Part shown: one piece after another, positions 16,414 through 25,076 of the stretch
Layout of the letters: each line of letters opens with the position of its first letter
How positions within the stretch are numbered: the first letter of the stretch is position 1
DNA from: a bacterium
Lineage (GTDB): Bacteria; Patescibacteriota; Minisyncoccia; Minisyncoccales; CG1-02-41-26
Reading direction: 5' to 3'
Length of the DNA stretch: 64,000 bases
Assembly (NCBI GenBank): GCA_030603395.1
Contig: JAUVXX010000002.1
Span: forward strand, 79,807 to 143,806
Translations under genes and position numbers: made by a program
Notes under the pieces: generated by a model
Seen by the model: only the letters and a program-made list of their open reading frames with translations
Databases searched by the model: none
Told to the model about the DNA's origin: nothing

Positions 16414-17562
16414 TTATAATTTCTCAAAATATCCGGTGAGGCATTGCTTCAGTTTCTCTAAGTTTTCGTTTTTGACAGTGAAGCCAGAAGCAGGAGAATG
16501 ACCACCGTAAACCTCAAGTAAAGAGTGACAATGCTTAAGCGCCTCAAGACTGTTGACTCCTTTGGGCGTCCTGACCGAACCCCTGCTTAATACTTGGTTG
16601 CTGTTGAAAATGAAGGTTGGTTTTTTAAATTTGTTTTTAATCCTTGAAGCCAAAGAACCGGTCGAGGAATGAGGAATCTCAGCACTACCTTCAAAAACAA
16701 TAGAAGAGGGAGAAAGGGCAATTTTTTGGGAAATCTCCTCGGTTAAGGCTGCGATAATTTGACGCCTTTGGGTGTTTTTTTCAAGGAGAACCTCTAAGAG
16801 TCGGCCAGCCTCTCTTTCGTCCTGGATGCTCAATAAAAGATAGCTTTCGGTCAGGTGTTCTTCAAACTCAGTTATTTGTAAAACGGAAATGATTTTGGCA
16901 GCTAATTCTCTGGGAGACAAGTTTTGCTCGTCAAAAGATTTTAGGAAGACCCGGAGACCCGGCCGAAAAGTAGAAGACAGAGAGCTTAAGCCATCTTCAA
17001 TTAAAATCTGGTTGTCCTCAATTTGGGGCATCATATCAGCCAGAGTTGCCAAGGCCACCAATTCCAAAAAACTCTGCCTGAGCTGGCTGGAAATTTTGTC
17101 TCCTAAAAGAAGTTCAGTGAGCTTGAAGATCAAACCGCAGGCGGCGAAAAATTTAAAGGGGTATTTATCGCCTTTTTGTTTGGGGTCAACCACGATAGAG
17201 GCTTGGGGGATTCCGTTTAATATCTCGTGGTGGTCAATAATAATGACTTCAAAACCGAGCTTTTTTGCCTGCTTGACCTCCTTGAAGTTCCCTATGCCGC
17301 AGTCCATTAAAATCAGCAAGGCTGGAGCATATTTGCTGATAAACTTTAAGGCACCCTCATTCAAGCCATAGCCCTCAACTCCTCGCTCGGGAAAATAAAG
17401 AGAGGGTTCGGCCCCCAAGCTCTTAATGGCTTCTTCTAAAATTAAAAGGGACACAGTGCCGTCAAGGTCTGCATCACCATAAAGAACGATATTTTCTTTC
17501 CCCTTGATTGCTTTTTTAATCCTTTGGGCAGCTTTTTTAAGATTTTTAATTTCCGTTTTCAT
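16414..17562 (-). CDS. RecJ-like DHH/DHHA1 phosphoesterase (short, 382 aa)
   Basis: YGDADLDG, EGYGL, MDCG, IDHH, ATLADM, GSVR and YGGH..ASG; ends before the OB-fold of full RecJ. Confidence 0.82.
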   Translation of the reverse strand: MKTEIKNLKKAAQRIKKAIKGKENIVLYGDADLDGTVSLLILEEAIKSLGAEPSLYFPERGVEGYGLNEGALKFISKYAPALLILMDCGIGNFKEVKQAKKLGFEVIIIDHHEILNGIPQASIVVDPKQKGDKYPFKFFAACGLIFKLTELLLGDKISSQLRQSFLELVALATLADMMPQIEDNQILIEDGLSSLSSTFRPGLRVFLKSFDEQNLSPRELAAKIISVLQITEFEEHLTESYLLLSIQDEREAGRLLEVLLEKNTQRRQIIAALTEEISQKIALSPSSIVFEGSAEIPHSSTGSLASRIKNKFKKPTFIFNSNQVLSRGSVRTPKGVNSLEALKHCHSLLEVYGGHSPASGFTVKNENLEKLKQCLTGYFEKL

Positions 17563-18737
17563 TTCAGGGCTTCTATTCCTGGCAATAATTCTCCCGCCAA
17601 GAAAGCTAACATGGCGCTTCCTCCAGTTGAAACATGAGAAAATTTATCTCTTAAATCAAATTTTTTCACCAAGGAAACGGTATCCCCTCCTCCGACCAAG
17701 CTGAAGGCCTGATGATTCCTGGTGATAGCTCGAGCCACCTCTTCGGTGCCTCTTCTGAAGTTTTCGTTCTCAGCCATTCCCAGAGCACCCGACCAGACAA
17801 TAGTTTTTCCTTCTTTGATGATATTAATGAAATTTCTAATGGTTTCGGGACCGATATCAAAAATTGACTCTTCCTTTCTAATATTCCCTGGGCCGGTCTG
17901 TCTGGTATAGATTTCTCCGGTTTCATCAGGAGAAACAATAACGTCAACTGGCAAGTGGAACTTGGGGTCGGTTAGACTCATTTTGCTAATCTTTTGGACG
18001 ACATCCTCTGCGGGCCAGGGTCTGCCAATACAGATTCCTTTGACTCTTAAAATGACGTTGGCAATCTTGCCGCCGAAAAGCAGATGGTCAGCTTTTCCAA
18101 GGAATTCTTCAATCACCTCAATTTTAGAAGAAATTTTAATTCCACCAATTATCACCACCAAAGGCTTCTCGGGATTCTCTTTGACCCTGGCGAGAGCCTC
18201 AATTTCTTCCTTGAGTGAAAATCCTGCAAAATGGGGCAGGAGTTTGGGCAGGGTCACCACCGAGGCATGACGACGGTGGAAAACACCAAAAGCTTCCCCC
18301 ACATAAACGTCAGCCAACTTGGCCAGCTCTCTGGCAAAATTTTCATCATTTTTTTCCTCACCTTTTTCAAATCTTAAATTTTCCAGGAGTAAAATTTGTC
18401 CCGGCTTTAGTTTTTTTATTTCCTTTTTGGGCTTACTACCCAAGACATCTTTGGAAAATCTAATTTTCTCTCCCAATAGTCTTTCCAATCTTTCTTTGAC
18501 CGGTCTCAAGGAATAGCGTTTTAACCTTTCTTTTTTCTGCTTTATCTCTTGGGGCCAGCCCAAATGACTGGATAAAATTATTTTCGCTCCACTATCTCTC
18601 AAATGCCTGATGGTCTGAAGAGTTTTCTGAATCTTAAAATCATCCAAAACTTTGCCTTCCCCTATGGGCACGTTAAAGTCACAGCGCACAAAAACTCGTT
18701 TTCCTTGAAAATTAAAATCTTTGAGAGTCTTTAACAT
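17559..18737 (-). CDS. pgk: Phosphoglycerate kinase (divergent)
   Basis: DFNVP, SHLG, LLENLRF, HRRHAS, DIGPET, GGGDT and HVSTGG. Confidence 0.92.
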   Translation of the reverse strand: MLKTLKDFNFQGKRVFVRCDFNVPIGEGKVLDDFKIQKTLQTIRHLRDSGAKIILSSHLGWPQEIKQKKERLKRYSLRPVKERLERLLGEKIRFSKDVLGSKPKKEIKKLKPGQILLLENLRFEKGEEKNDENFARELAKLADVYVGEAFGVFHRRHASVVTLPKLLPHFAGFSLKEEIEALARVKENPEKPLVVIIGGIKISSKIEVIEEFLGKADHLLFGGKIANVILRVKGICIGRPWPAEDVVQKISKMSLTDPKFHLPVDVIVSPDETGEIYTRQTGPGNIRKEESIFDIGPETIRNFINIIKEGKTIVWSGALGMAENENFRRGTEEVARAITRNHQAFSLVGGGDTVSLVKKFDLRDKFSHVSTGGSAMLAFLAGELLPGIEALK

Positions 18738-18743
18738 AAATTT

Positions 18744-20462
18744 CTAAAATTTAATTGTCTCTCCGGGCTCTATCTTTCCTCTCTTGCTGGTTTTTGATTC
18801 TCCCTCCCTGTCTATATCCTCCAATGATTCTTTCAAGACCTTTTTTAATTCCTCCTTCTCTACCCCCTTTCTCTCTTTTTTACCCGACGGAGCTTCAGCG
18901 GATAAAGAGGCGGGTGGCTCTTTTTTACCAGAAAAAGTAGTTGGTCGGCGCAATATAAGGTCTTCCAAAGAAACAGTGGCAATCTCCTCTTCCTCCTTGT
19001 TTTCAGAAGAGTGTTCATCTCTCTTCCTAGACTCGTTCTCGGGGTGTCCTTGAGTATTTTTTTTAAAACAGACCTTGCAGTAAACGGGGCGGCGGATATC
19101 CGGCTTAAAGGGAACTTTTGTCCACTTGCCACACTTTTGGCATTTGGCATCAAAGAGCTCTATCTCAGAAACCCGAGGTTTTTCCTGCAAAACATAATTG
19201 CCAGTCCAGCGAGCGATTTTTTCTTCAACGATTTGGCGCGAAGTAGTGTATTTCTCTCTGGAAAAGGTGATAATTTTTTCGCTTTGGCTCTTCTCAGTCC
19301 TTTCAAAGGGAGGAAGGGTTTGGGCAGAGAAGGGTCTGCCGGCAACCCCATCTACCATTAATTTTAAATAAATCTGATATTTTGGCAAATTGACCAAATC
19401 CTGGGCATAAAATTCCGGGGAGAATTCTTTTTCCAGATATTCAGCGTCCTCAGCGCCCACCCGAAAAGAAACCAGGGTGCCGATGTTACCAAAAACAGCG
19501 TCTCTGACCGGCTCTTCCATCTGGGTAATATACTGGTGAGCCAAAATCAGACACAACCTGTATTTTCTGGCTTCAGATAAAATATTGACGAAACTCTCGG
19601 TGGCGAAATTCTGGAATTCATCAACATACAAAAAGAAGTCTTTTCGCTGTGACTCAGGGACATCCACCCTTGACATAGCTGCTAACTGAATTTTAGTTAT
19701 CAAAAGTCCTCCCAGGAGTTTTGAGGTATTCTCCCCTATTCTCCCCTTGGATAAGTTCAAAATCAAAATCTTTCCCTCATCCATGACCTTCCTCATATCA
19801 ACCGAGGAGGTGGTTTGCCCGATAATGTTTCTAATCAGGGGAGCGGAAATAAACTGCCCCACCTTATTCTGAATGGCCGCCGTTGCCTCTGACTCTAATC
19901 TTTGGGTATACCTGGCAAATTCCTGAATCCAAAATGCCTTGATGACCGGGTCGGTAATTTTGTCCACCACTTTTTTCCGATAGTCGGGGTCAGCCAACAT
20001 CCGATTAATTCCCAATAAGGTTGAGCCGGGGTATTCCAAAAGCGCCAGGATGGAATTATTCAAGATATACTCCATGCGGGCAGACCAAACATCAGGCCAG
20101 ATTTTCTTAAAAACCCCCATCAAGCCAGAAGCCACCAGATGACGTTGAGTCATTTCAACTTCCTCCATGACGTTGAAACTAATGGGGAAATCCGAATCAG
20201 CCGGGTTGAAATAGACCACATCCTTAACTCGGTTTTTGGGGATAAAATCTAAAAGTTCTTCAGCCGCTTCTCCGTGGGGGTCAACAAAGCCGACTCCCTT
20301 GCCGTCTCTGATGTCCTGGATAGCCATGTTTTTTAAAAGTTCGGTTTTGCCCATGCCGGTTTTTCCCACCAGGTAAAGATGCCTGCGTCTGTCGTCAAGC
20401 TTAATGCCGAATTTTTTTCTCTCATTACGGAAGGTGGTGTTGGCAAAAAAATTGGTCTCCAT
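18744..20462 (-). CDS. VirD4/TraD/HerA-like ATPase with C-terminal CxxC-x17-CxxC domain
   Basis: Walker A GKTGMGKT, DPHG, Walker B LYVDEFQ, SEARKY and AHQY; CQKC-x17-CKVC followed by a charged tail. Confidence 0.85.
   Translation of the reverse strand: METNFFANTTFRNERKKFGIKLDDRRRHLYLVGKTGMGKTELLKNMAIQDIRDGKGVGFVDPHGEAAEELLDFIPKNRVKDVVYFNPADSDFPISFNVMEEVEMTQRHLVASGLMGVFKKIWPDVWSARMEYILNNSILALLEYPGSTLLGINRMLADPDYRKKVVDKITDPVIKAFWIQEFARYTQRLESEATAAIQNKVGQFISAPLIRNIIGQTTSSVDMRKVMDEGKILILNLSKGRIGENTSKLLGGLLITKIQLAAMSRVDVPESQRKDFFLYVDEFQNFATESFVNILSEARKYRLCLILAHQYITQMEEPVRDAVFGNIGTLVSFRVGAEDAEYLEKEFSPEFYAQDLVNLPKYQIYLKLMVDGVAGRPFSAQTLPPFERTEKSQSEKIITFSREKYTTSRQIVEEKIARWTGNYVLQEKPRVSEIELFDAKCQKCGKWTKVPFKPDIRRPVYCKVCFKKNTQGHPENESRKRDEHSSENKEEEEIATVSLEDLILRRPTTFSGKKEPPASLSAEAPSGKKERKGVEKEELKKVLKESLEDIDREGESKTSKRGKIEPGETIKF
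18880..18914. repeat. Degenerate family A palindromic element, in-frame
   Basis: TTACCCGACGGAGCTTCAGCGGATAAAGAGGCGGG; encodes PASLSAEAPSGK. Confidence 0.6.
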
Positions 20463-20486
20463 AAAAAGATATTTCGATATGTCCTT

Positions 20487-21782
20487 CTATTCCGTGGGAA
20501 TAGGAGGTGGGCCGCCTTTTTTAGCTCCAATGCGGGGCACTCCCGGGGCGGGAGCCGCCAGTCTGCCCGGGAAATGAAATAAAGTGGCTAATTCTTCAAT
20601 ATTTAAAATGAATCTTCCGTTCTGGCTGGGATAAGGGGGATCTCTGGGATATAAGGGAGGAACCCTCTTAATATATTTTCGGAGTGTTCTTCTGCTTCTT
20701 AGATAAACCCTTCTCTTGGGCAAGAACCATTCCACCCTGGGAAAGGTTTTTTTCCAGGGTTTCAAACCATTAAGATTTTCAGTGGAAATTCCCTTAAAAA
20801 AACCGAAGGCAATTCGAGCCTTTGGCTTAAAAAAGACGTCTCTCTTGGCAAGATAAATACAGCGGACATTCGTGTAGTAACCGACCATGGCAATTTTATC
20901 CTCAATCCCCTTGACAATGTCCCGTTCTCCCGGAGTCAAACGCATTTCCGGGGGAATGATCGGCGCTTCCTTTTCTTCTTCCTCATAGGGTGCTTTGCCG
21001 CTGATTAAAACTCGGGCTGCCTCCCCCACCATTGATTTGGGTTTGGGTTCATCGGGTCTTTTAACAAGTTTAGCAACGATTTTTTTTCCCTCTTTTGCCC
21101 AGGGAATTTCTTCCCTGACCGGCATAATTCTAAACTGAACCCAGAGTTGCTCCCCTGCTTTTAAAATAGTCATTCCTTCAAGCAGTCCTGCCAGCGGGGT
21201 AATTCTTTTTTCCTCCGGGGTTAAGGGCATTTCTTCAAAGGCTCTGTAGGTCCTGATGGGATAGGGACTCTTATTAGAATTAATCATGTCCCAACCAAAA
21301 ACGTTCCATTCCTTGTTGGGAATATTCTGGGGAACGTTCTTGGCATAGTCTTCGACCTGAGATATTTCAGCTTCGGGAAATTGAGCGTAGATGTTTGACT
21401 CAATAATTTCTCGAAATGGCTCGGGCGTTCTTATGAAGAAGTGGACTTCCCCTCCGATACTGACAATCTCCAAGCTTAGGGAAAGCTGAAATTGCCCCTC
21501 AAACCATTTTTGTCTCCAGGTGATAATATCGTGTATCCCATGGAAACCGGCAAAAACCTGCTCCATGGATTGGATAAGCCGGGGGACTTCTTCGGGAATT
21601 TTGATTTCCAGTATTATCTTTTTAATGGTGTCGTCCCACTTTCCCTGGACATACCAGAGATAGTGGAATTTAAGAAAGGGAAAAAGAATGATGGGTAAAA
21701 GAACCCACCACCAAACTTTGAGGACCTGCCAAAAGATATTTAAGATTAAAACTATTGGTTCAAATGGAAAGAAATCAGACAT
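20487..21782 (-). CDS. Membrane-anchored hypothetical protein, probable partner of the adjacent ATPase
   Basis: N-terminal TM, LEIKIP, SLEIVS, IYAQFPEAEI, YPIRTY and ILNIEELATLFHFP; tightly linked to the ATPase. Confidence 0.7.
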   Translation of the reverse strand: MSDFFPFEPIVLILNIFWQVLKVWWWVLLPIILFPFLKFHYLWYVQGKWDDTIKKIILEIKIPEEVPRLIQSMEQVFAGFHGIHDIITWRQKWFEGQFQLSLSLEIVSIGGEVHFFIRTPEPFREIIESNIYAQFPEAEISQVEDYAKNVPQNIPNKEWNVFGWDMINSNKSPYPIRTYRAFEEMPLTPEEKRITPLAGLLEGMTILKAGEQLWVQFRIMPVREEIPWAKEGKKIVAKLVKRPDEPKPKSMVGEAARVLISGKAPYEEEEKEAPIIPPEMRLTPGERDIVKGIEDKIAMVGYYTNVRCIYLAKRDVFFKPKARIAFGFFKGISTENLNGLKPWKKTFPRVEWFLPKRRVYLRSRRTLRKYIKRVPPLYPRDPPYPSQNGRFILNIEELATLFHFPGRLAAPAPGVPRIGAKKGGPPPIPTE

Positions 21783-21802
21783 TAAAAATTAAGGCCTTAA
21801 AA

Positions 21803-22828
21803 TCAGGCCTTTTTTAGGATGTACTTTCCTTCTTTGTTTTTCAAAAAGTAATTTTTATCAGTTAAATTCAAGAGGATGGTATTTTCTTTAACCAATCTTT
21901 GCTCAAGAACTCTTTTTAAAATTTCTTCCTGAGAAAGGGGCTTGACTTTCTCTCCTAAGATTTTTTTGATAACGTCTTTGACGGTGCCTGTTTCATAGCC
22001 CCACTCCCGTAAAGCATAAATCCCCCTGCCCACCAAGACAAATCTTTCATCCCGAATTAATTCATTGTGAACTGTTTGGGGAAGGACCTGGCTTTTTAGA
22101 AAAAACTTCCCGGTAAGATTTCCTGAATCTTCAGCGATTTTTCTGAAATGCAAGGGTTTCCCTGTCTCTTTCAAAACCAAATAAGCTCTGTCTTTTACTC
22201 CCCTTGGCTTGATTTCTGGCCAGACCGTCAAGCCATAATCTCCCATTGGTCCTTTTTCAATTTTCTTGGCAATTTCAAGGGAAGAGAGAGTGACCCGAAA
22301 GGACTCTTTCCCTTTACCGAAAGAAGAGAGGAGCTTCTCCTCTGAAACAGAGACTGCTACTTGTTCTAATTTTTTTAAAAGTTTTGCTAAAATTACTCCG
22401 ACCTCTCGAGAAAGATTTTGGTCAATTGTCCAAAAAGGATAGAAATCTTCGGTCTCTGGATAACGGAAGAAGGCATCTCCCAAATTTAAAAGGAAATGGA
22501 CTTGATTCTGGGAACGCTCTTCCCCCAAATCTGCCAAGAGAATATCTTCTCTCTTTAAGCCCCCTCGATTTTTAAGATGCTCTTTGAAATGAGAGAAAAC
22601 TCTCTTGAGGTCGTCTTCGGCTTTTTGCTCTTCCAATCCAAAGAAGCCGTCATTTTCAATCTGGCGAATTCTCTCCCTGGTTACCCCAAAATCGTGACCA
22701 ATGGCTTCCAGGGTTTCCCTTTTTCCAAAATCTCCCAACCCAAATCTTCTCTCCATAACTTCTTGCTGTCTTTGGGTCAAGGGATTCAAAACCTTCTGAC
22801 AAATTTTTGAGAAATTGAATTGTGGCAT
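21803..22828 (-). CDS. Sigma70 region-4 HTH fused to HARE-HTH/RNAP-delta-like winged helices
   Basis: [29 protein letters not shown] and [25 protein letters not shown]. Confidence 0.8.
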   Translation of the reverse strand: MPQFNFSKICQKVLNPLTQRQQEVMERRFGLGDFGKRETLEAIGHDFGVTRERIRQIENDGFFGLEEQKAEDDLKRVFSHFKEHLKNRGGLKREDILLADLGEERSQNQVHFLLNLGDAFFRYPETEDFYPFWTIDQNLSREVGVILAKLLKKLEQVAVSVSEEKLLSSFGKGKESFRVTLSSLEIAKKIEKGPMGDYGLTVWPEIKPRGVKDRAYLVLKETGKPLHFRKIAEDSGNLTGKFFLKSQVLPQTVHNELIRDERFVLVGRGIYALREWGYETGTVKDVIKKILGEKVKPLSQEEILKRVLEQRLVKENTILLNLTDKNYFLKNKEGKYILKKA

Positions 22829-22836
22829 GTTGTCCT

Positions 22837-22865
22837 ATTTAAGCATAATGAAAACTAATTGTCAA
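22837..22865 (-). promoter_or_regulatory. Probable promoter of the sigma-like/ATPase operon
   Basis: TTGACA-17 bp-TTAAAT with a TG extension, ending 8 nt before the ATG (near-leaderless). Confidence 0.55.
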
Positions 22866-22868
22866 CTC

Positions 22869-23774
22869 TTATTTCCGGTATCTCCTTTCCTTGAAACGGA
22901 GGAAGCTGACCAGCAGCGGAGTAGCCAAAAACAGCGAGGAATAGGTACCAAGACCAATTCCCAGGATAAGAGCCAAAGAAAAATACTTCAAGGTTTCTCC
23001 CCCGAATAAAAATATGGCAAAAAGGACGAAGAGGGTGGTTAAAGAAGTGTTCAGGGAGCGAGTCAGGGTCTGGTTTAAGCTTCTCTCAACCGTCAAATCA
23101 AAGGTAGGTTCCCGCAACCTCAAAAGATTTTCCCTGACTCTGTCAAAAACTACCACTGAATCGTTGATAGAATAACCGAAAATAGTCAAAAAGGCGGTGA
23201 TAATGGGAATGGTAATTTCTATGCCGTAAAATCTGCCCAAAACCGCAAAAACACCCAGAGGAATTAACACGTCGTGAAAAAGAGCGAGCAGGGAGGTTAA
23301 GCCGTAAACATAAGATTTAACCGGACGGGAAATCCTTCTGAAACTGAAAGCGATATAAAGCAAGATGGCCAGTAAAGCCAAAGAAACGACAATTTTGGTT
23401 TTTTGAGTCAGTTCTCTGCCAATTACCGGCCCGATGGATTGGAAACTTTCCGAACCCTCTTCAACCTCCCCCAATTTTCTAAGCTCTACCAAAATTTTCT
23501 GGTGAGTTTCTTCTGAGATCTCCTTCATTTTCAAGAGCACCCCCCTTTCTCCCAAGGACTGGACGACCACTTCTCCCAGTTCAAGTTCTTTTAAGCTCTC
23601 TCTTATTTCACCGGAAGGCGGTACCTGTTCTTGGTAAGTTAAAGAAAGCAAGCTTCCACCGGTAAAATCAATGCCCAGATTCAACCCAAAAACAAAGATA
23701 CTGACCACAGCGGAGCCGACCAAAGTGACAGAAATTATGTAGAATATTCTGCGATGTTTAATAAATGGAATCAT
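22869..23774 (-). CDS. secF: Protein translocase subunit SecF
   Basis: GIDFTGG, IGPVIG.EL, HDV, GYSINDSVVVFDRVRE and GTYSS. Confidence 0.96.
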   Translation of the reverse strand: MIPFIKHRRIFYIISVTLVGSAVVSIFVFGLNLGIDFTGGSLLSLTYQEQVPPSGEIRESLKELELGEVVVQSLGERGVLLKMKEISEETHQKILVELRKLGEVEEGSESFQSIGPVIGRELTQKTKIVVSLALLAILLYIAFSFRRISRPVKSYVYGLTSLLALFHDVLIPLGVFAVLGRFYGIEITIPIITAFLTIFGYSINDSVVVFDRVRENLLRLREPTFDLTVERSLNQTLTRSLNTSLTTLFVLFAIFLFGGETLKYFSLALILGIGLGTYSSLFLATPLLVSFLRFKERRYRK

Positions 23775-23780
23775 GATTTA

Positions 23781-25076
23781 TTATCCCCAAAGCCATTTTA
23801 TTTTTTCCAACCTTGTCCCGACAAAGCTTCTCAAAAAAGTTCTGACCACAAATAAGGCAGAAAACATACTGACCAAAATCCCAAAACTCAAGGTTAAAGC
23901 AAACCCCTTAATAAAGCTGGCGCCGAAACTGAACATAATCAAAGCGACAATAAGGGTGGTCAGGTTGCCGTCCCTAATAGAAGGCCAGGCCCGGGAAAAA
24001 CCTATCTCAACCGACCTTGAGAAACCGGCTCCCTGCTTTCTTTCCTCTTTCATTCTTTCAAAAATCAAAACATTGGCATCAACCGCCATACCAATCGATA
24101 AAATAGCCCCCCCAATACCAGCCAAGGTCAGGGTGACGGGCACCAGTTTAAAAAGAGCCAGTAAAATGCCGGCATAAATAAGCAAACTCAAAGAAGCCAA
24201 AACACCAGAAACTCTGTAAAAGGCAATCATAAACAAAAGCACCAGTAAAAAACCAACGGCGCCAGCCTTTAACGATTTTTCCAAAGAAATTCTCCCCAGG
24301 ACGGGACCTATCGTATTCTGGGAAATCAATTTGATGGGCACGGGTAATGCCCCAGCATTTAAGTTTCTGGCTAATTCTCTGGCTTCCTCAATGGTGAACT
24401 TTCCGGTGATTTGAGCTCTGCCTGAGGGAATGGCCTCCCTGACCACCGGAGCTGAAATTAAAACATCATCAATAAAAATGGCTATTCTCTTGCCAACGTT
24501 TCTGGTGGTTAGGTCCTTGAAGATTTCTTTGCCCTCCTCATCAAACTCCAGAATAACCTGGGCTTCAAAAGTTGTTTGATTAAAGTCCAGTTGGGCTTTT
24601 TTTAGATAGCGGCCGGTGAGAGGGGTCGGTTGGAAGTACGGTTCCTCCTCTATCTCTTCCCTAAACTCAAGATAAGGAGTCTCACCTATCATTTGAATGG
24701 CCTCCCCTACCTCTTTAACTCCCGGCAATTCAACTATTAGCCGCTGGTCTTCCCGGGTTTGCTGAATCTGAACCTTGGGCTCCACTACCCCAAAAAGATT
24801 GATTCTTCTCTCAATGACATCCCTTAAACCCTGCATGGCCTCTCCCTCCTCTCCCTCGGCAATTTTTGACAAATCGGTTAGGTAGACCAAATGGGTTCCT
24901 CCCTGTAAATCAAGCCCCAAGCGGAAAGGCTTCTCGGGGAATTGAGGCAAACTTAAAAAAGTTTTTGAGTTGACAAAGCTGAGCCCCTGATTGATATATT
25001 TGGGGTAAACTGAATTTAAGGCAAAAAAAGCCAGGACAATAATGATGATTAAGCTAAGATAGGTTTTATGTTTCAT
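23781..25076 (-). CDS. secD: Protein translocase subunit SecD
   Basis: LGLDLQGG, LNAGALP, IGMAVDANVLIFER and IRDGN.TT. Confidence 0.96.
   Translation of the reverse strand: MKHKTYLSLIIIIVLAFFALNSVYPKYINQGLSFVNSKTFLSLPQFPEKPFRLGLDLQGGTHLVYLTDLSKIAEGEEGEAMQGLRDVIERRINLFGVVEPKVQIQQTREDQRLIVELPGVKEVGEAIQMIGETPYLEFREEIEEEPYFQPTPLTGRYLKKAQLDFNQTTFEAQVILEFDEEGKEIFKDLTTRNVGKRIAIFIDDVLISAPVVREAIPSGRAQITGKFTIEEARELARNLNAGALPVPIKLISQNTIGPVLGRISLEKSLKAGAVGFLLVLLFMIAFYRVSGVLASLSLLIYAGILLALFKLVPVTLTLAGIGGAILSIGMAVDANVLIFERMKEERKQGAGFSRSVEIGFSRAWPSIRDGNLTTLIVALIMFSFGASFIKGFALTLSFGILVSMFSALFVVRTFLRSFVGTRLEKIKWLWG

Noticed and set aside
9121..19049. Shared 10-mer GGACACCCCG at 9121-9130 and, inverted, at 19040-19049
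   Set aside because: Both lie in variable loops and could be another mini-element, but the match does not extend and is expected by chance in 64 kb.
18744..20462. ATPase as evidence for a conjugative element or prophage
   Set aside because: There is no relaxase, integrase, att site or structural gene, and the flanks are housekeeping genes.
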